A DNA stretch of 64,000 nt, from NCBI RefSeq assembly GCF_009914755.1, contig NC_060929.1, one strand, 5' to 3'. Under the pieces are notes generated by a model. It made no database searches, was not told where the DNA came from, and saw only the letters and a program-made list of their open reading frames with translations. Made by a program: the position numbers and the translations under genes. Position 1 is the first letter of the stretch. Each line of letters opens with the position of its first letter. Shown one piece after another: positions 1-14,305 of the stretch. Origin of the DNA: the human T2T-CHM13v2.0 reference genome, Homo sapiens.

Positions 1-159
1 CTCATCGGCCCCCTTGTTCTGAAACACTGCAGTGGTTCAGAGAAGTCCCCTCTTAGAGCTTTCATTTCTTTTGGAGGGATGGTTTGAACCTAGACTGGAT
101 CTGCCCCATTTTTGCCTTAGCAAGTCTTGATGAGTTCATTGGACAGAGGCAACAAAATC

Positions 160-790
160 CATATACTCAAGAGACTGAAAAAGGGGAGTGGAGGGAAGGA
201 ACGTGTGTGAGGCCAAATTGCCCCACTGGGGGTGGGATTATAAAGGAGTGCGACCTTTCTGGCAATACGTGTTGTAAGCCTTATGATGGGCTTATATTTT
301 GACTCAGCCACTGCACCCCTAGTATTTATCAGAAGGAATTAATGAGAGGTCTATGCAACAGTGAGTGGATTTTTACCCCTGTATTATTTACTATAGTAAG
401 AGAAATAATTTAAATGTCCAACAATACTGATGGTTGGGTAGTTTTCACACAGCCATGAACTACAATGCAACTACTGGAAATTATATTGCTGATAACTGTT
501 TATTAATATGGGGATATTACATAACAAAACTACTTTGTTGAAGAAAACAGAGTGAAAAAGTATGTAAATTATGGTGTCATTTTAATGCACAAGATGAAAT
601 ATGTATGGATACATATATACACAAAGACAGGTTCTAAAATAGTCACTAATGTGTTAACTGTGGTATCTGGAGTAGGAGTACTGATAAGATTGGTTTGGTT
701 TTGTCTTTTGCCTGTTGTTTTTTAACAATAAGTATGAAGTCTTTTTATAGCTAGAAACAACAAAGTTTCTTTCTGTATTAAGAAAAAATT
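160..790 (+). mobile_element. Old L1 (L1ME-like) 3' fragment
   Basis: Degenerate match to the L1M ORF2-end/3' region (ggtgggattataaa...acctttctggcaata...tttgactcagccactgcacccctagtatttatc...aaatgtccaacaata). Confidence 0.6.
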
Positions 791-2389
791 TCTGCATTAA
801 AAATATATGTTATGGGGCATCCCTCCTTTTTTTCTTTTACCAAAAACGAAGTAGAAAGAAAGTAAGCTGGCTCTGAATATTTGAATTAAGCAGAGCCCTG
901 GAGTCCTCCTTGTTTATTTTTGCTTTTCCAAAAGCAAATTTTTCCAAAAGCAAAAAATGGCTGCACACACCCTAAGGCTATTTATTTCCTTCCTTAACTC
1001 CACTACTTTATCCGGTTCAGCAAGTATCAATCCTTGCCATTCTGTCAAGAGAGCACTTTCTGTTTACCAGACACGGTGCCCACCTCTTGATGTATGTTAA
1101 CTCCTGCAGTCCACACAAACACCCTTTAGGGTAACTTTTACCCTCGTTTTCAAAAGAGGGGAGTGAGGCAGAGTTGTCACAAGGCTGGCGAGCAGAGGAG
1201 TGAAGCTTCCCAGCCACACTCTGCCTGCACTACCCCTCCCTTGCTTTCCCACTTGACCTTGCATCCCCGGTGGGAAGTTTCTCACTGAATGTCCTCTAGG
1301 CCTGTCTTCCTAAAGGAGCCATCCTATTTAAAGAGCCAGGATTTAGCTTCTCTGCAGAGATGAGGGCAGGGAGAGAAGTAAGAAGTTAAGAGGCCATGGC
1401 TCAGAAGGAAAAGGAGGGAGGAAAGCTATTGCAATGGCCCACCTGCCACCCTCAAGAAAGCCATTCTCAGAAGCCTAACATTCAAGGATCCAGTCCAGCC
1501 TACCTTGTCCAGCTTAGGAATGGGAACTGTTTGTCACTCACCTTGTGGAATATTATAATATCACCTTGTAGAGTATTATAATAAGAATGAGCAGTGCCAT
1601 CTCTGGCAGCATTTGTATGAAACGTTATGTCATGCTGCTTTTAAGAACATGGAGTCCAAGGATAAAGCCAACCCCAAGGAGGAAGTAATGCCCTGTGACT
1701 CTGTCCCTTTCCCCCAACCCTGTCCCCACTCCATCTCCACATGGGGCTCCTAAGAAGCCATCCACAGCAGTGCCTAGGGACTCAGACTCCTCACTATGCC
1801 ACCATCAGTATGAGTGTGGACTGGGAGGTACTGATTCTTCCCCATCTTCCCAGGCCTATTTGCTACAACATCAAGCCTCTCTTTGATAACACCAGCTTTT
1901 CTTTGAGCAAACCAATGGAGAAACAGACATCTCCTGTTTTCCTGCCCTGAAAGAAGAGTCTGGGGCTTACTGAAGTTTCATAAATGAGCCAGAGCTCAGG
2001 ATTGACACCTCCATGTGAACATGAAATTTTGAGCTTTGGGCACAGGTAATTTGATACCTGTGGACCTATTTGCCACTGGTAATACAACCTGAGCACCTAT
2101 GAACTTGTCTGTGAACATTTTCCATTGGGGAGCTTTGCTGTGCAGACGCAGTGACAGGGCTGTGCTAAGACAGGAAGTAATCCTAGAATGAAAGCTCTAG
2201 AACCTGAGATGTAGTACTTTTTCTCTCTTTCCATTTGGTTGCATGATGATGCAATTCTGTCTTCATTTTCACTTCTGTGTGGATCAGTGCCTTAGGATTT
2301 AGAGATGGTACAAATACCAAGTCCTTAAATCTACTCTTCATTTTAAAATAAAAGCAGCATTTTTTCAGGACAAGCCAAGCATATTCTAA

Positions 2390-2630
2390 TTATAACAGCT
2401 ACCATTTAGTAAACACTATATGCCAGGCTTTAATATACTAAGTATATTGTATATATTATCTCCTTTAATTATCACCAATCCTATGAGGTGTAAGTATTAT
2501 TAATGATCCCCATTTTGCAGGCAAAGAAAATGAGGGACACAGAGGTTAAGTTGCCCAGGGTGACACAGCTAATAAGTGGCAGAGCCAGTAATTGAAGGCT
2601 ATCTGACCCTAAACTCCTGCACTTAACTGT
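2390..2630 (-). mobile_element. MIR SINE
   Basis: Reverse MIR core: ccccattttgcag...tgagggacacagaggttaagttgcccagggtgacacagctaataagtggcagagcc. Confidence 0.85.
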
Positions 2631-4729
2631 TAATTCAGTATTCTTAAGAATATTGTTTTCTTTTAGAAATCTGCTTATCAAGTATGACAAGTTTTCTCTG
2701 AAAACAGATAACCCATGAAACTATTGAGAAGCTTCCAAGCCATTTTTTCCTCTTTTCTATTTAATGTGTATTTATGAGATCATGGAATGGCATTTCACCT
2801 GTTTCAACAGCTTCTAGGGCAATTCAAGCAAATGTTCTGGAAGTCTGCTTGGTTTGTGTCAGGCATTTCCTGGTCCCTTGTGTCTGCCGGGCTTGTGGAG
2901 GAGGCGTGTGGAAGCTTTTTTCTGAGCCATCCGCCCTGTGGAAGCCACACAGGCAAGGCCAGAGGAGAACAGTGGCACAGGCATTCAGAAAAGCCCAGTT
3001 TCCCGACGTCAGTTTGCCTGAGGTCAGGCGGAGCACCAGCACTTTCTGGCTCTTAGAAAATGACTCAACCCCTCCAACCTGCAGCTTACCCCTATGCAAA
3101 ATCAGGGCTGCCCTTGCAGGACTGTTGGGACGAGTCAGTGACAGGGGAGTGTCCAGCCCTACCTGGCATGTCATAAGTGCACTCTATCCATTGGGAGCTG
3201 TTATTTTAGAAGCAGGACTTCGTGTTGTTGCTATGTCTTGCCTCAGCAGAGAGAAACATTTTGCTCTTGACACTGATTGTCCCTTCTCAGCTGTAAGGAG
3301 GCCACAGCCCCCTTGATTTTGAACCCAAAAATGGAAAATGAGAGCATTCCATCTCACAGGACACTTTCGCAAACTACACCAGCCCAGTCTGATCCCTCCC
3401 TTCTCAGAATCCCTACAGTTCTTTTGACCAAATCTCAGATTAGCACTAAAAGTTTATTAATTCAGTGGATAAGAAGCTTACACATATTTCCAGAGCCAAA
3501 AAGAATAATAAAATCCATGCAAACAAATAAAAGGTTTTAGAGGAACAAAGTAATCACAACAGTGTTTTGCTACTAAGTACAATACGTGGGGGCATTCACA
3601 CTTCCCAGTCATTTCCAGAGCTGACCTAGAACACAATAGGAACCAAGATCAGTGGTTCCCATCTCTGGTTGCTCATCAGAACCACAAGGCCAGAGCAGGA
3701 ATAGTATTTTGAAGATATAGCTTCTTAGGCCCCAACCCTGCCATAGTCATTCAATTTCTTGCTAATGTTAGGACTTGCCATTTTGTAAAGTACATTTGAT
3801 TTTCTTTCATTTTTGTAATTTTGTCATTTGTAATAGTCCTTCCCGGAGGGGAGTCTCCCTTCCTTCCTATAGTTTTCTGGGAGAATGACAGAAAATTTGA
3901 GTATATATAGTAGAGTACCATTTTGTCATGATAAGGCTGGGTGACAATGTTGGAAGAAGGAAGAGCTGACAGAGACATGCTGTGGGGTTTTGGGGATGAC
4001 ATTGTGGAAAGTTTACCCTCACTAACATTTCAGGTAGGTATATTTGAAAGTGTAGACTGATGATTTCTGAAGGGAACTGAATGAGCTTGTACCACTGTGA
4101 CCATGAATACCGTTGCAAGTGAATTAACATAAATATACTGACAAAAAGTGAGTAGAACTTTAGAACTGTTACATCTCAGGTAGTGAAAGTGAGGGTAACC
4201 TAGAAAAAGGAGGTGTAATAACTGTAGTATCAAACAGTGTGTTGCATCCTGCAAATAGCTAGAGATGTGGCAGGTTACACAGAAGAAGAGAAGTCCCTGG
4301 GCTGTTTGTTTGGGGCTTGTGTAGTTCCCCGTTTCCAAAATGGAACAAGCGACATACTCTTTTAAGGGTGCACAGAGACTTCATTGAAAAGGCAAGCATT
4401 TGTTTCCCTAAACAGAATGACTTTTTAGCTTTACCAAGAAACAATTTCTTGCAGGAAAAGTATGTTTTGCTGTTATCAGCTACTACTGGGAATTCTGCTA
4501 CAGACAGGCCAATGTTTACCACTGATCTTCTTTCCACAGTTCTTTCAAAATAGGACCCTTTCCATTAAGTTCACATAGTATTCTGGGAAAAGTCTCTGTG
4601 ATTAAGCAAAGAGACTGTGAAGGAGCTTAGGCAGAAATGGGGGTTAGCTTTGTTTTAATCCTAAATGTTTAACCATAAAAAAGATGCACTTGGGCTTAAG
4701 ACAGTGAGCCCTCAGCAGTCTACTTTGTT

Positions 4730-5300
4730 GAGATCTCGGCTCAGATGTCACCCAAAAGAAGTTGCCCTAGCCACAGAATCCAAATTACACCCACACACCC
4801 TCCCCACCCAGGCACCTGCTTTCACACTGCCTTGATTTTAGTTGATTTCATAGCTCTTAATACCACCTAAAATTATCTTCTTTGGTTGTTTACGAGTTTA
4901 TTTTCTGCTTTACACACTCATAAGTAGTATTTCCTAAATTTTTTCCATTAGGATAATAATTAAAATATTATCAAAAAGCATGTACTTCCAATAAGTGTTT
5001 GTTTTTATTTACTTAATTATAAAGTGTATACCTGCCTTAGTAATTGCTATATTACACACATTAGAAAACATAAAAAATATAAATGTTATAAGAATCAGAT
5101 ATTTAAAATGCCAATAGGAGCTTTGATATTTTTCTCCTCCACCAGCCTGTGTTCTCGCCCACCCTACCTTGAAGCCTACTGAACTTGAATGTAAGCTGCC
5201 TGAGAGCAGAGGGCTTGCTTGGCTTGTTACCTGCTGTGTTTCCAGTGCCTACAACTGTGCCTAGCATGTACTAGGTGCTAAGTAAATATTTGATTATTAA
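4730..5300 (+). mobile_element. L2 3' end fragments
   Basis: L2 tail motif gaatgtaagctgcctgagagcagag...cagtgcctacaactgtgcctagcatgtactaggtgctaagtaaatatttg. Confidence 0.7.
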
Positions 5301-5859
5301 ATATTTATTGTTGAGTAGTAAACAAGGCTAAGGCACAATTCACTCTTCCAGGCTCCTAATAGCTAAGGTTTTACTACATCTTTGGAGGACAGAAGGAGGG
5401 GGGGAAAAAAAAAAAAAAGACCTGGTTTCTGGGGTTCAGAATGCCTTCCTAATACAATATGTGCTGAATAAGGATTTACTGTAATGATTCAAATCCTTCA
5501 CCAAAGAGGTAATTACAGCTTCCTTGGTAAGAGCAGAGCTCAGGCAGACAGACAGGTGGTTTCTAGTTTCTCTTATAACAGATGGCACAAATGGACCAGC
5601 TTCTGAAGCTTTTTGAGGAAATTTGCTCATAAACAGTTTTAAATATTTTTCTTTTATATCTTCCAACACATGCTTCTTAAAGTAAAAATGCTTCAGTAGA
5701 TTGCAGGCAAGGGCACATATTATGAATAGTGCTGCACGGGGCAGGGTGCTTGCAGTTTGCCTGAGTAGCAGATGCAGCATGTCAGGAACATAAGAGGGAG
5801 GCTCTGTGCGCCATGGTGGCTAGATATACATTGAATTTTCGAAGTGCTTAAGGAAAAAA

Positions 5860-6580
5860 CAAAGCTGTCCACCAAGAATTTTATGATCAGCAAAACTATT
5901 CTTCTCAAATGAAAGTGAAATAAAGATATTCCCAGACAATTTCTAGAAGAAAGCATAGGAGAAAATGTGTAGGTTAGGCAAATACTTAGATTTAACACCA
6001 AAAGCACAATTTAAAAAGAAAAAAATTAACAAATTGAACTTGACCAAAATTAAAAATGTTTGCCCTTCAAAAGACACCACTGAAAAAATGAGAGGACAAG
6101 CCACACACTGGGAAAATATATTTGCAAATATTATCACTAATAAAGAACTTGTATCCAGAATCTATGCAGAAATCTTACTACTCAATAAGAACATGGTGTC
6201 CATAGAATGGAATAGAATTCAGTAATAAACATGAATTGACTACTTATACACGCCAGAACATGGGTGAACTTCAGAAAACATGCTAAATGAAATGTCAGAC
6301 ACAAAAGACCACACAATATGCAATTCCACTTTTGTGAAATATCTAGAAAAGGCAGATCTCTAGAGTTAGAATGCAGATCAGTGGTTGCCTGTGGCTGAGC
6401 ATGGGAGCAGGGCTTAACTGCAAATGGCAGGAAGGACCTTTTTGGGGTGATGGTGGCATTATAAAACTGAATATGGATGATGCTTGCACAGCTCCATCAG
6501 TATTCTAAAAGTTGTACACTTAAGTAAGGCAGATAAATTTCATGGTATATAAATTATACCTCAATAAAGCTGTTTTAAAC
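5860..6580 (+). mobile_element. Old L1M (L1MB/MC-like) fragment with 3' end
   Basis: ORF2-like peptide (LDLTPKAQ...KMRGQATHWENIFAN) and L1M 3' end gtatataaattatacctcaataaagctg. Confidence 0.8.
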
Positions 6581-7777
6581 TCTCCCAGGAGTACAAAGCA
6601 TTCCTTAAATGTTGATAACTGTTGTTGTTTTTATTATTCTGTAGGTAGTGTAGACAAATGATACCAAAATTAAGAGAGAAACATTAAATGACTGTGTACA
6701 CCTTGCTTGAGTGGACAAATATGCTTTTCATTCATTAAATTGGCTCTTCCAAATAATTAAGTAGATCTTGGGAAAATATATGCCACACTTTTACAAGAGG
6801 GTATAAAAGGATTAGTGGCCGAGAACAGAAATTTCCAAAATGTGAGCTGTGTGACACTGAGATAGCTGAAATAGCTTTAAGTGGTGCTTGGGTGAACTTT
6901 ATTCTATATACTAATAATAATGAGATATTATTTGCAATGGGCTAAAGTAGACATTTGTTAAAGAGATCAATCTAAAGAAAATATTAAGAAAATATGTATT
7001 AAAATTACATGTGATACACAGATGTGACAAACGTCATGAAGGTGGGACACTCATGACTGAGTTTGGGCGCCACCACCCAGTAGCCAGGAGCAAGAACAAT
7101 GCCAGTGGGTGGCTGAGAATGAATACTGAAACACAGGCATTCATCCAAGTTTATGCCCAATGTGCCTGTCTCCCTCCCAACCAGAAATGAAATGTCTGAA
7201 TGTCCCCTTCCATCGTATTTGTCAGGCCTGTCTTAGGCAAGCCGACAAGTGGCCATATGTGGAGCTGTCGTGACAACACCAGAATGAGAGCTGTACCGTT
7301 TTATGACATCAGATAATTCTGACTCAGAAATGTCTGCCTTCCCTGTCTGCCAGCAGTCTTACCCTTGGTTTCTGGTAGATCCATTTCCATTCTTTTAACT
7401 ATTTACTTGATCCTGTGGAGTCTTTCTTAAAAATACAGTCTTTAGATATTGTCAGTTCTAAGCATTCACAGTGTGCAAGAGATAAAAGAGGGATAAGACA
7501 ACTGCAATTCAATGTAGCATCAAGACGGGAAGAAAAACACAGCCCTTGAAGATTCCAAGGAGAAAGATCTAACTCACTGGAGAAAGATCAAACTCATCGT
7601 GATATCAAAGAAGCCTGAGGAAGGAGGTCGCATTTGAAATGGGCTTTGAGTGGCGGATGAGCAGTGGTTACAGGAAAGGGAAAGGCATTTCAGATGGGAA
7701 CAGCAGCACCAGCAGGAACATGGAGGTGCAAAAGGTTAAAGCATACTCATGGCACAAGTAAAGCCATTTGTTTAGAA

Positions 7778-7978
7778 CAGGGGTAGGCAAACCAAGGCCC
7801 ACAGGCCACATCCAGCCAGGTGCCTGCTTGCTCTATGGCTTGTGAGAAAAGAGTGTTTTTCCATTGTTACATTTTAAATGGTTATATAAGTAGCTAAATA
7901 ATATTCTCAGTTTTGCCTCTTGGCCTGCAATGTCTAAACTATTTACTTTATGGCCCCTTAAGAAAAAGTTTGCTGACT
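7778..7978. mobile_element. MER58-like hAT-Charlie MITE
   Basis: Termini caggggtaggcaaac ... aaagtttgctgac and internal ggcccacaggccacatccagcc. Confidence 0.75.
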
Positions 7979-8317
7979 TGGAGACCCCTGGGGACTTTGA
8001 AGGCAAGTAATGAGTACTGAGAGGGGAGTTGGGGCTCTATTGTGAAACGCCTTGGAATGAGGAAACCCAGCTAGCTTAAGGGAAAAAAATGGAAGTCATA
8101 AGCTGACATTTTGGGAAGTCTCATGGTGGATCTAACCCTCAGCACATTTGGATTTAAGAGCCCAAATTATCATTTTGCTTGGCTCTTCTTCCCTCTTTTT
8201 TTTTCATGTTAACTTCATTTGCAGACAGATGTTGGCCATGTAACATGAAAAAAGATCTCTGGTCACCCTAAGCCAATACATTTTATTGTTGGATCCAGAA
8301 AGAAGAGCATTCATGTG

Positions 8318-9329
<1,012 letters not shown>

Positions 9330-11696
9330 TGTTAGACTCCACAGATGAACAAGGGTCAGTTGTCCACACTGACCACTGTGGCCAGCCTGGATCACATGCC
9401 TGCCCTGCAGTGAAATCAGCAGGACACTGGACTCACCTGGGTCACTTAGGATGGAAAAGAACTTCTCCAAGTGAACCAGAAGAAGGGGAATGCAAAAATT
9501 CTAGAATAAACTGTAACTACATATTCCAGTCTGCCAGAGTAAGGAATTTATTCTACATTCGTTAAGTAATGAGAAATTTATGAGCAGGAAAATGCTCTTC
9601 ATTCAACAACATTCAACAAATATTTATTAAGCTATGTCTTTAGCAGGTGTTTGTACTTACAGTGCACAGTAGGATGGACTGGAATGGTAAAAGGTAAAGA
9701 AAACAGGCTGGAGATTCTTATAATAGTCTAGGTGAGAAGGCCTTATCCTATGAGCAATGGGGAAGCATTGAAGTGTTTTAAGCAGAGAAATGATGTAATC
9801 ATCAGATTTGAATTTCGAAATGTTCACCAAGAATAGTTCTCTTAAGTTAAGCATTTATGTATAAAACCTTTTTGCACTATAAGTTTGCTTAGTAACTTGT
9901 AGATTATCCAGAGTAAATTTGGATCCACCTCAGATTTGGAAAAAAAAAAAAATTTTGTGAGATCAGAATTGTGTTTTGCCATGTCCATTTTTCATTGACT
10001 TCTCTGTGGATATTTGGTTTTGAAGGACAAGAACTAGAAGAGAATATAAAAATGATTTTCCTTCAATTTGTTTTTATTCACAGATGGTGAAACTCTTTTT
10101 CTCCAGCGGAAAGGGTGATTTTGCTGGAAAATCATTTAAAGTTTTTTCCAGTCAAGTCAATAAGCTCCTCAGAACCAAATGAACAAGGGGTAAAAATCAC
10201 CATGAGGCTTAGTAAGATTACATTCCTCCATGGCAGCCTGCGCCAGCCATTGTGGAGGGCCAGCGGGAACACAGGGAGAGTGTCAGGTTTGTGAATGGTC
10301 ACGCTGAAGGAGCAGGGCCAGGTGTGGAAGATATAAATGGAGTAGAGAAGAAGCTTGAACAGATTAAAATCAGATCAGAGACAATTTTCCACATGTTTAG
10401 ACTACTAAATAAGCACCAGAATTAGAGGGAAGGCTGCTACTCGCTTGGAGGGAAAGAAAGAGACTTGGAGACTTTTAGCCTTTTCATCAAAGTTCATCTC
10501 TCTTTCTCTCTCTGTCTCATCTGCCTTTCATGGTATCCGGACCAAGGTTCGTGCATTTGCAAGAGTTTAACTTAATCATCCTGGACATTGTCCTTGCAGA
10601 AGTGCTGCTTCTATTGCTGAAAAGTCCTGAACATAGTGAAATATTATAGTAGGCTCCTTACTCAAGGAATCTCCTCTCCAGGGTTACCTGTAAGCTGAAA
10701 TGCCTTGGGCCACTGCTGCTAATTTTAGTTACTCCTTTGTTTTCAGCAGTGGACATTTAGATTCTTATTAAATCTTTTTCCTCCCCCTAGTCCAAACAGG
10801 AAATATTCCCTGAAAGTAGACCATACAGGAAAGTATGCCAGAGAGCCAATGCCCCTCAGCCTGTGTTGTTAACATGTTGTGCAGCTTACTCAGAATGCTA
10901 CATCAGAGACATCCTCCTTGACGTCCCCCTACCCCAGGTAAAAGGAAGAGACCATTGATTTACTGTAATAAGTTTCCCAAAATAAAAAAGTCTCTAAAAG
11001 AGTCAACATAATTTCTCAGTGCAGTAGGCAGAGAAACAGTACAAGTTGGGAGCTGCCAACTGTATTATGCAACCTAAACCGTGGATTGGTGCAACAAAGG
11101 CTGAACTATCATTTTGCCTCTATTAAACATCCTTCTTCTATGGAGTAAAAGTTGTAGTTTGGGTGGCTGGGGAGACTTTTTTTTTTTTGTAATATTTATT
11201 AAGTTGTGGTTATAAAAGTAACATGTTAATTGCAAAAATATGTTTTAAAAGCACAAAAACTTTGCGTATGGGAACAAGGGATATAGGGGAATTCTGTACT
11301 TTCTGCTCAATTTTGCTGTGAACCTCAAGCGACTCTAAAAAAATAAAGCTATTTAAAAGTTACCTTTAATCTCATCACCCAGGGAATGCTACTAATATGT
11401 TAAGGTACTTACTGTTCATATGTTTTAAGATAGGCTTGAACGTGTATTAAAAAGTACATGAAATATAAATGTACGTCTTAACAAATTATTATTTAGCAAA
11501 CACCCCCTAAATAATACTAAATTATTATTTAGTAACCACCCCCTCACCCCCCACTGGTTAAGAACTGCAGCCTTGCTGGTGTCCACATCTCTTGCTTTCT
11601 CCTCCCCCATCACAGTCCTCTTCTTCCCCACAAGGGCTCTAATCTCATGTTTATGGCAATCAATTAGTTTTTATTTATATTTTAACCTCATAAATA

Positions 11697-12335
11697 CAGT
11701 CCATTCTTGTTTTTCGCGGTAGTCATGTTCTATAAAGTCACTGCAAACACGGAATTACTGAATACTAAGCCATTGCATGGAGGGGAAATACAGAGTGAGC
11801 TTCCTGTAAGCCCCTGGTCACAACATTTTCATCACCTGATCAGTACACCACCCTGTTTTATATGTATTTCTGCCTAAAGTCACCTCATTTAATATTATTG
11901 TTGATTTATTAACATTGAACTTAGGACCAGCAGCACTGTTAACTCATGCCTGGAGCTCATCTAACACACACATTTTCTCTATAAGGCACATTACAACCTT
12001 CTTGTGCTTAGGAACATTTGACAGTGCTTCAGCTGTATGCTTAGGGGCCATTTTAAATGGCAAAATCACCATTGAAGAGCATGAAAATGTGGTACTAGGT
12101 AGACCTCAAACAGACACTTGTTTACAGTATGAGAGCTGAAACAAGAAGGCAGAGCTTTGCCTTGTTTGACCTCAGCTGGGAATGTGCCGTTGGGCGACTC
12201 AAGGTTTTTGCTGCTCTGCACATGTCCTCGGATGACCTCAACAGCACCCCAGGTGTTGATTTTGAGGTTACAGATACATTTTAGTAAGTAGGTGAATTTG
12301 CAAATAAGGAATATGGAAATAATGAGGATAGACTG
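11697..12335 (+). mobile_element. MER82 (Tigger-family) DNA transposon, near full length
   Basis: TA target dinucleotides on both sides; TIRs cagtccattct / aggatagactg; internal sequence follows the recalled MER82 consensus (gacacttgtttacagtatgagagctgaaacaagaaggcagag). Confidence 0.88.
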
Positions 12336-12339
12336 TATA

Positions 12340-13260
12340 TATCCCTAAATGCAACATTTTATTGTTTTGAGTTCAACTTCATTTGCTCAACCACATTTAA
12401 GTCATTTATGTTGCTGTAGTTCATTTTCATTGCTGTAGAGTGCACCATTGTATTAATACACAAAAATTATTTTTTTATTCCACTTTTTCTAAAATTTTGA
12501 ATTTCCATTTTCTGCTTTTACAAATAATTTGCTCTACACATTCTAATACATGTCTTCCAGTGTACACATAACACACCTTTCTCTGGGGTGTATGTCTAGC
12601 AATGGAACTACTGGGTCCAAGGGAATGGTATCTTCACCTTTGCTAGATAATGCTACACTATTTTTGAAAATGATTGTAGCAATTTACACCCCTCCTGCAG
12701 CAAAATATGAGTTACAGATGAGAATGAGATGTACCTCATTCTCATAAACCTCTGGTATTTCCAGCATTTTGATGTTAGCTATTTAGTCATTCTGGTGGGT
12801 GTGCAGTAACATCTCACTGTGGTTTTAATCTGCATTTCCTGCAGCACAGAAAGGTTGAGTGCCTTTTCTTTTGGATTTTCTCTTTTAACATCCCTATTCA
12901 GGTTTCTTGCCCATTTCCCACTTGGTTGTGTTTTACTCACCAGTAAGAAATCTTTACATAGTCTGGTTATAAACCCTTTGTTCATTTTTATGTTGTAGGC
13001 TGCCTTTTTACCCTTTTAATATTGTTTTTGATATGCCCTCTCTATGCCCTACTGGATAAATTCCAACCCCTGTTTGGGAACCTTCAGTTTCTGGAATTAT
13101 TTCTTCTAAAATCTTTATTGTTTGCCTTTGGCATTTAGGTCTATAATCCATCTGGAACACATTTGTTATGTATGGTGTGAGGTAGGGGATTCTGTCATTT
13201 TTTTCCATATAGATATCCAGTTAGTCTAGCACCGTGTATAAAAGAGCACTTTCCACTAGT
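12340..13260 (-). mobile_element. Old L1ME-like fragment, antisense
   Basis: Reverse ORF2-end motifs ([36 protein letters not shown] in the minus ORFs). Confidence 0.75.
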
Positions 13261-14164
13261 AGCATAAAATCGTATAGGCCCATGATAAATTCCTAACAGT
13301 ATAAATAAAAAAGTGAATGTCTAGTCCATATCTGTACATCCAGTTCCCCACTCTCAACCCCCTGAGGCAGTCATAGTTTCTTGCTTACAGATTTTAAGAA
13401 TCATGTTTAAACATCTCTAGCATTTAAACAGTGGCTTTAGATTATACCCCAGAACAACGAAAGATTGGATGTAGTAGCACTATTGCGTCCCTTTTATTTG
13501 TATGTTACTTGAGTGAATTTGTTTTGGCAAGCACAATATCTTCATTATGTGGAGAAAGGCAATTGTACCATACTCAATTTAAGAGTTATATGCCTAGTAA
13601 GGAAGTATTGGGATTTCTTAGCAACTATTCAGATCTTTTGAGATAGCAATTGTTACCATATGAACACTTTATAATGCCCCCAAAATGCTTTAGTGTTTTC
13701 TTACAAATAAATTCACATATTGTGAAATTTTTTAGTTGAGAGAAATTTTTATTCTAGGCAGTTCTGTTGTGCCTGAAATGCGGTATTGGAAAAGATTGAG
13801 AGGCTACACTTAGGTTCAACAGGAAAGAATATTAAGGTCAATAAGTATTGTGAGCCACGGTGCACAATAGAAGCATTCTGCCCATTTAACCTTTCTGACC
13901 CTTTCCCTTGAGGTTTTTCTGTACAATGAGCAATTGAACTAGGACTGTTGTCCAGATGTCTTTGTTTCCAATCTGGAATTTTTCCCTCTACCTCATATTT
14001 CTGTATTATTCAGTGAGAAAAGATTCGGATTATTGACTTGGGGAACATTAAGGATGATGTATGCGCTATTCCAAAATCTTGAATTTTGTTTAAATCATAG
14101 AATTACTTACCATTCCTACTCACCCCATCTAAGTTTAAAGTTTATTTAAAACTTCAGAAATTAT

Positions 14165-14305
14165 TTTATTTGTGTAAATAATTTCAACTTTTAGATTCAG
14201 GGAGTACATGTACAGGTTTGTTCCATGGGTATATTGTGTGATGCTGAGGTTTGGGGTACAAATGATCCCATCTCCCAGGTGGTGGCCACAGTACCCAATA
14301 GTTTA
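14165..14305 (-). mobile_element. L1PB/old L1PA 3' end fragment
   Basis: ttcaacttttagattcagggagtacatgtacaggtttgttccatgggtatattgtgtgatgctgaggtttgggg. Confidence 0.8.

Noticed and set aside
2774-3316. 180-aa ATG-initiated ORF
   Set aside because: No recognisable domain, runs through a MIR-like remnant (~3050-3200), and is intronic; consistent with chance.
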